Assembly (NCBI GenBank): GCA_963751455.1
Contig: CAVVUN010000015.1
Span: 384,001-448,000 of the forward strand
Reading direction: 5' to 3'
Length of the DNA stretch: 64,000 bases
Source of the DNA: Nitrospirota bacterium
GTDB lineage: Bacteria; Nitrospirota; UBA9217
Shown here piece by piece: positions 60,379-64,000 of the stretch. Within the stretch, counting starts at the first letter, position 1; each line of letters opens with the position of its first letter. Below the pieces are notes generated by a model that ran no database searches, was not told the origin of the DNA, and saw only the letters and a program-made list of their open reading frames with translations. Both the position numbers and the translations under genes were made by a program.

Positions 60379-61272
60379 ATGAGAAAAGCAATTCTCGGGT
60401 TTTTGGTTTTTGCCTTCATCTTGGGGGTTCATACTCCGGCATTTTCAAGGGAGAGCTATGGAGCTCTTCCAAAATATGCCGCGGACGATCAAATAATCAA
60501 TCGGCCGGTTAACATGCAGGGTTTGACAGGACTCCTGTTCACGAACTCTGCCTACACCCAGCCCGCAGGCAGCGTTACGTTCGGTATATCCGGGCTCGGT
60601 GAAAACAGCGATATACCTGACTACAGTGTCGCGCAGGGAGCGGCCACCATTACGATCGGACTTACGGACCGGGTGGAGGCAGGCGTAAGGGGAAAGATGT
60701 TTGGAACGAATTTCGGGAGTTCAACGGGCCCTGAAACGGGTACAGGTGATACTGATCTGCTCTTAAAGTGGAACTTCTCCGCACAGGGAGAAAACATGCC
60801 GGCTCTGGCATTCGGGTTTGGATGGACATTTCCCACAGGTGACCCCGAAATGGGCTTCACGGAGATAAAATATGAAAGTATTAAGCTGATGGTAATCGCT
60901 GCGGGCGAGAACAAAGTTCTCAACGACGGGTTTTTGGGTATTTATATGGAGGCGCAAGCGGTCTTCAATGACCAGCTGCACAAAGACGGTGACAGCCCAT
61001 ATAAGGAAAAGTACGGGGTGGTGAATGCAGGGATTTTGTTTCCCCTGAGTGACGACAATCACCTGCAGTTATTGTTTGAGTATACCAGCGTATTGAAAAG
61101 AGATTACGCGTTGCTGTATGACCGTAATTATAGAGGCGTGGTTCCAAGCCTGCGCTATGTCACAGAGAACTTTAACCTCACGCTTGGCTTGCAGCGAATA
61201 AGCAGAGCGGATGCCGGGCCCGGAGCGAATGAAGCTAATAGATTTGCGGGCACAATGAGTTACCGGTTTTGA
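60379..61272 (+). CDS. outer-membrane beta-barrel protein
   Basis: Signal peptide, GLTGLLFTNSAYT, FPTGD and C-terminal MSYRF. Confidence 0.7.
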   Translation: MRKAILGFLVFAFILGVHTPAFSRESYGALPKYAADDQIINRPVNMQGLTGLLFTNSAYTQPAGSVTFGISGLGENSDIPDYSVAQGAATITIGLTDRVEAGVRGKMFGTNFGSSTGPETGTGDTDLLLKWNFSAQGENMPALAFGFGWTFPTGDPEMGFTEIKYESIKLMVIAAGENKVLNDGFLGIYMEAQAVFNDQLHKDGDSPYKEKYGVVNAGILFPLSDDNHLQLLFEYTSVLKRDYALLYDRNYRGVVPSLRYVTENFNLTLGLQRISRADAGPGANEANRFAGTMSYRF

Positions 61273-61365
61273 TCCTGCGGTTTTGCCGCAGATTCTGCCA
61301 GACCGAAGCGGAGAGCACGAATGATCGATGCGCTCCGCTGTCGTCTGGTAGATCCTTATTCGGCC

Positions 61366-61917
61366 TTACGCTGCCTTGTGAGCGACGGCTTCTTTGCGTG
61401 TAACCGTCATCTCCATTACCTTCTCTTCCTTCCCCCCCTCGGGGATGAAATACATTTCATATTCCAGCGTATTGTCATCCTTGATCCTGCTCACACTGCG
61501 CCAAACCATGGGACCTCTGACAGGGTCGTCATAACTGCTTTCCTGTGTAATGGTTTTATCATCCGCGCTGGCAGTTCCCTCAAAATAATAGATACCGGTG
61601 CTCATGGTATCGATCCAGGTAGACATATACTTTTTAGTATGGTTGTCGTACCCCATGATGTTGATTCCGGTGAATGGTTCCCCCATCATGTCGCCGGTAT
61701 ACTCCTGCTGCAGATAACGTCCGCCGAGGAGCATCTTCTGCTCGCACGTGCCGGTCGTTTCCACGGGGGGCGTGCCAGGTTCCATCCATGATTTTGTCCT
61801 GGTAGTCCAGGTTCCCTCCAGGCCGGCCAGCAGCTTATGAGGCTCGCCCGGAGTTCCCACCTTCTTGTACACTTCCATCATTGCCTGCATGTCCATTTTG
61901 GCTTCTTGTTTTGCCAT
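61366..61917 (-). CDS. DUF1579 family protein
   Basis: PGEPHKLL..LEGTW, LGGRYL and GYDN..KKY..TWIDTMSTG. Confidence 0.88.
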   Translation of the reverse strand: MAKQEAKMDMQAMMEVYKKVGTPGEPHKLLAGLEGTWTTRTKSWMEPGTPPVETTGTCEQKMLLGGRYLQQEYTGDMMGEPFTGINIMGYDNHTKKYMSTWIDTMSTGIYYFEGTASADDKTITQESSYDDPVRGPMVWRSVSRIKDDNTLEYEMYFIPEGGKEEKVMEMTVTRKEAVAHKAA

Positions 61918-61947
61918 CGTTCTAAGCCTCCCTATTTTAAGGGCGTC

Positions 61948-62160
61948 CTATGGCCTCGGACCAGAACCGGATGCCCTCGAGCGCTTAAGGAGTTTCCGCC
62001 TTCGCTTCTCTGCCTCCAGTTGCTTCGTCTTTTTTTTCACCGAGGGCTTTTCGTAAAAGCGGCGCTTCTTCAACTCCCCGAATAAACCATCAACCTGGAG
62101 TTTCTTTTTCAGGTTCCGAAGCGCTTTTTCTATGTCACGGGAGAAGACTTTTATCTCCAA
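61948..62160 (-). CDS. rpsU: 30S ribosomal protein bS21
   Basis: TTG start with GGAGG SD; IEKALRNLKKK...KKRRFYEKPSVKKK. Confidence 0.88.
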   Translation of the reverse strand: MEIKVFSRDIEKALRNLKKKLQVDGLFGELKKRRFYEKPSVKKKTKQLEAEKRRRKLLKRSRASGSGPRP

Positions 62161-62475
62161 GACCCGCCTCCTCCACCGCCATAGCCGCCGCGGCCGCCAC
62201 CTCTGCCGCCCGAAGCCGAACGCCTCAGTCTTCGGCCGGGCCTCATTCACGGTGATTGACCGGTCCATGAACGTTGTGCCGTTCAGCGATGAGATCGCCT
62301 TTTGTGCGTCCTCATCCGACGCCATTTCCACGAAACCGAACCCCTTAGACCTGCCGCTTGACTGGTCGACAATCAGCGTTGCAGATACTACTTCGCCGAA
62401 CTTCGAGAATGCCTCCCGCAAATCCTCCTCATGGGTGTTGTACGACAGATTTCCGACATAAAGCTTCTTAGCCAT
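62151..62475 (-). CDS. RRM RNA-binding protein with Gly-rich tail (one +1 frameshift)
   Basis: KLYVGNL, SKGFGFVEM and VNEARPK; the shifted frame gives GGRGGGRGGYGGGGGGSWR*; length 325 = 3n+1. Confidence 0.88.
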
Positions 62476-62998
62476 AATACTCTCCTTTGTCGTTTCAAGT
62501 TAGCGCTGTGGGTCGTTGCCGCACAGCGTGGATACGTCCCTTTTCGAATCAGGGCATTTCCCCCGAAGGGGAACGCATAATCGTCGATGACCAGCAAATC
62601 CACATCGTTCACCAACATGCTTTGCCGTCGTTTTTTTGCGAGAAAAGGTGAGAGCAGAGAAGTCAGTGACCGATGATAGGTGCAGAAGACATTTTGCGGA
62701 AAAACAAAGTCCTGCCCGTTCAATTATGTATGTTTATATTATACCGCATTTACCGTGAGTTGCTCTAGGCGGAAAGTGCTACTCAAGTCCACCCCTGTTT
62801 TGCATGGGCGTCTCCCGGGCTGCCTCTGTATGTTGCTCCCAGTGCATTTCAGGCAGCGCTAATGATGATTCCGTTTTCGCAAGGGAGAGACGGAGCATTT
62901 TTCCGATAACGACCCGGCCGGGGCAAACTCACAGGGGTTCAGGAACACTGAGCGTGCTATAGTAAAAGGGGAGGGAGGTTCCCGAGGAGGTGGCGTTT

Positions 62999-63232
62999 AT
63001 GGCAATAAAAGCGTATGTGCTTATCGAGGCGGATCCGGGCGCGTCGCGAGACGTTGCCGCAAGAGTAGGAAAAATCGATGGGGTAAAATCCGTGTCTGTT
63101 GTGACGGGGCCCCATGATGTGATCGCCGTTGTAGAGACAACCGATGCAAAGGCCCTGGGCGACGTCCTGATCACAAAAATCCAGAAGATTGAAGGCATTG
63201 CCCTGACGATCACGGACGTAGTTATCGATTGA
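62999..63232 (+). CDS. stand-alone Lrp/AsnC ligand-binding (RAM) domain protein
   Basis: KAYVLI...GVKSVSVVTGPHDVIAVVE...IQKIEGI; SD GGAGG. Confidence 0.88.
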   Translation: MAIKAYVLIEADPGASRDVAARVGKIDGVKSVSVVTGPHDVIAVVETTDAKALGDVLITKIQKIEGIALTITDVVID

Positions 63233-63485
63233 GTCAGGGGTGACAATGCCTATTTAGGCCTCACGGCGCGCCGTCGACTGCGATGCCCACAGGCGCATTA
63301 AGGTTAGCGTTATTGGCTCAAGGGTCAAGAAGACAATATCGGCTGCAGATCATGATTCAATCCGACAGAGGCACCTGCTGCCTCACGTGGGTCTCTTGAA
63401 ATACCCGGCTTTTGATCATTCTCGAAGCTGCTGTTGCTGGGGCGAAGGACGGAGCGGCGGTGATGATGATGAGGTAGAGAGGCCC

Positions 63486-64000
63486 CTAAACCGCGCGCAT
63501 AACAATATATATAGCTCCGGAAAAGAGCATGCCCAGCAGGACGCCAAAGACCTCCAGCCAGAGCAGATGCGATCGTATATTCTCTTCAATAATGTCGCGT
63601 ATCTTTGACGGCGCGTACGTCGTAAGCTTGTCGGCGACCATGCCTTTTATATCAAGGCTGTCGAAGAGCAGTTGCGCAATCGATTTGTCCGAATGGTAAT
63701 GGCGGACGACAAGCTCGTTGTTCGGCCTGAACAGGAAATCCTCAAGCGTGCCGACCTTGTGAATGGTCTTGAGGATCATCGGTTTTGACACTTTTAACCG
63801 GTTTATTCTCTCATGGAGTTCCCCCACTATTGCATCGGTCATCTCGTCATATTCCTTGATGCGCGTGACGTTCAGGAACTTTCCGAGAAATCCCAGCTTC
63901 GTCTTGAGCGCGTCTGTGATCTCATCGTGGACCTTCTGCGATTGAAGGTACTCGCGGAGAGCGTCACGGAACTCATCAATCACTTTATTAATGATCTGCT
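63486..64000 (-). CDS. DUF445-like protein (partial, runs off right edge)
   Basis: Frame is open to the edge; C-terminus MVADKL...IIEENIRSHLLWLEVFGVLLG. Confidence 0.75.
   Translation of the reverse strand, partial: QIINKVIDEFRDALREYLQSQKVHDEITDALKTKLGFLGKFLNVTRIKEYDEMTDAIVGELHERINRLKVSKPMILKTIHKVGTLEDFLFRPNNELVVRHYHSDKSIAQLLFDSLDIKGMVADKLTTYAPSKIRDIIEENIRSHLLWLEVFGVLLGMLFSGAIYIVMRAV

Noticed and set aside
61948-62475. Apparent RRM-bS21 fusion protein (175 aa ORF)
   Set aside because: Removing one base restores the normal Gly-rich RRM tail ending in TAA, and rpsU has its own SD and TTG start. The fusion is most likely an indel artefact.

Overview
This is a 64 kb bacterial chromosomal segment of moderately high GC. 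Gene content suggests an anaerobic Nitrospirota/Desulfobacterota-like organism, which is an inference. In order it holds: a run of Ser/Thr-rich lipoproteins (1-4.7 kb); housekeeping and signalling genes (AmpG-like MFS, AEC transporter, nagA, GAF-GGDEF, ahbD, a binding protein/histidine kinase/response regulator set, AsmA-like, CHASE3-PAS-GGDEF-EAL, Rsm22-like, greB); an integrase-free ~11.7 kb defence island between greB and rsmE; an 11 kb S8 protease-adhesin gene with ~35 Ig-like modules; and further housekeeping genes (ABC exporter, arfB, GT2, uup, GT-C/TPR, F420 reductase, rpsU). The island contains a type I R-M operon with an inserted four-helix-bundle gene, an HsdS with an extra C-terminal domain, an HsdR with a Cys-rich insert, an XRE HTH, a NYN nuclease, an AbiE toxin-antitoxin pair and duplicated gene fragments. 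The most unusual signal is non-coding. Several families of small palindromic elements are nested inside one another: 7-9-nt periodic hairpins, a 42-44 bp element inserted at the same CAC^KGAT position inside them, IS200/IS605-end-like elements with a visible empty site, and an IS630-like MITE carrying a REP doublet. More than ten frameshifts, several of them single-base insertions, look like sequencing errors. No CRISPR array, tRNA, rRNA, integrase, transposase or reverse transcriptase was seen.
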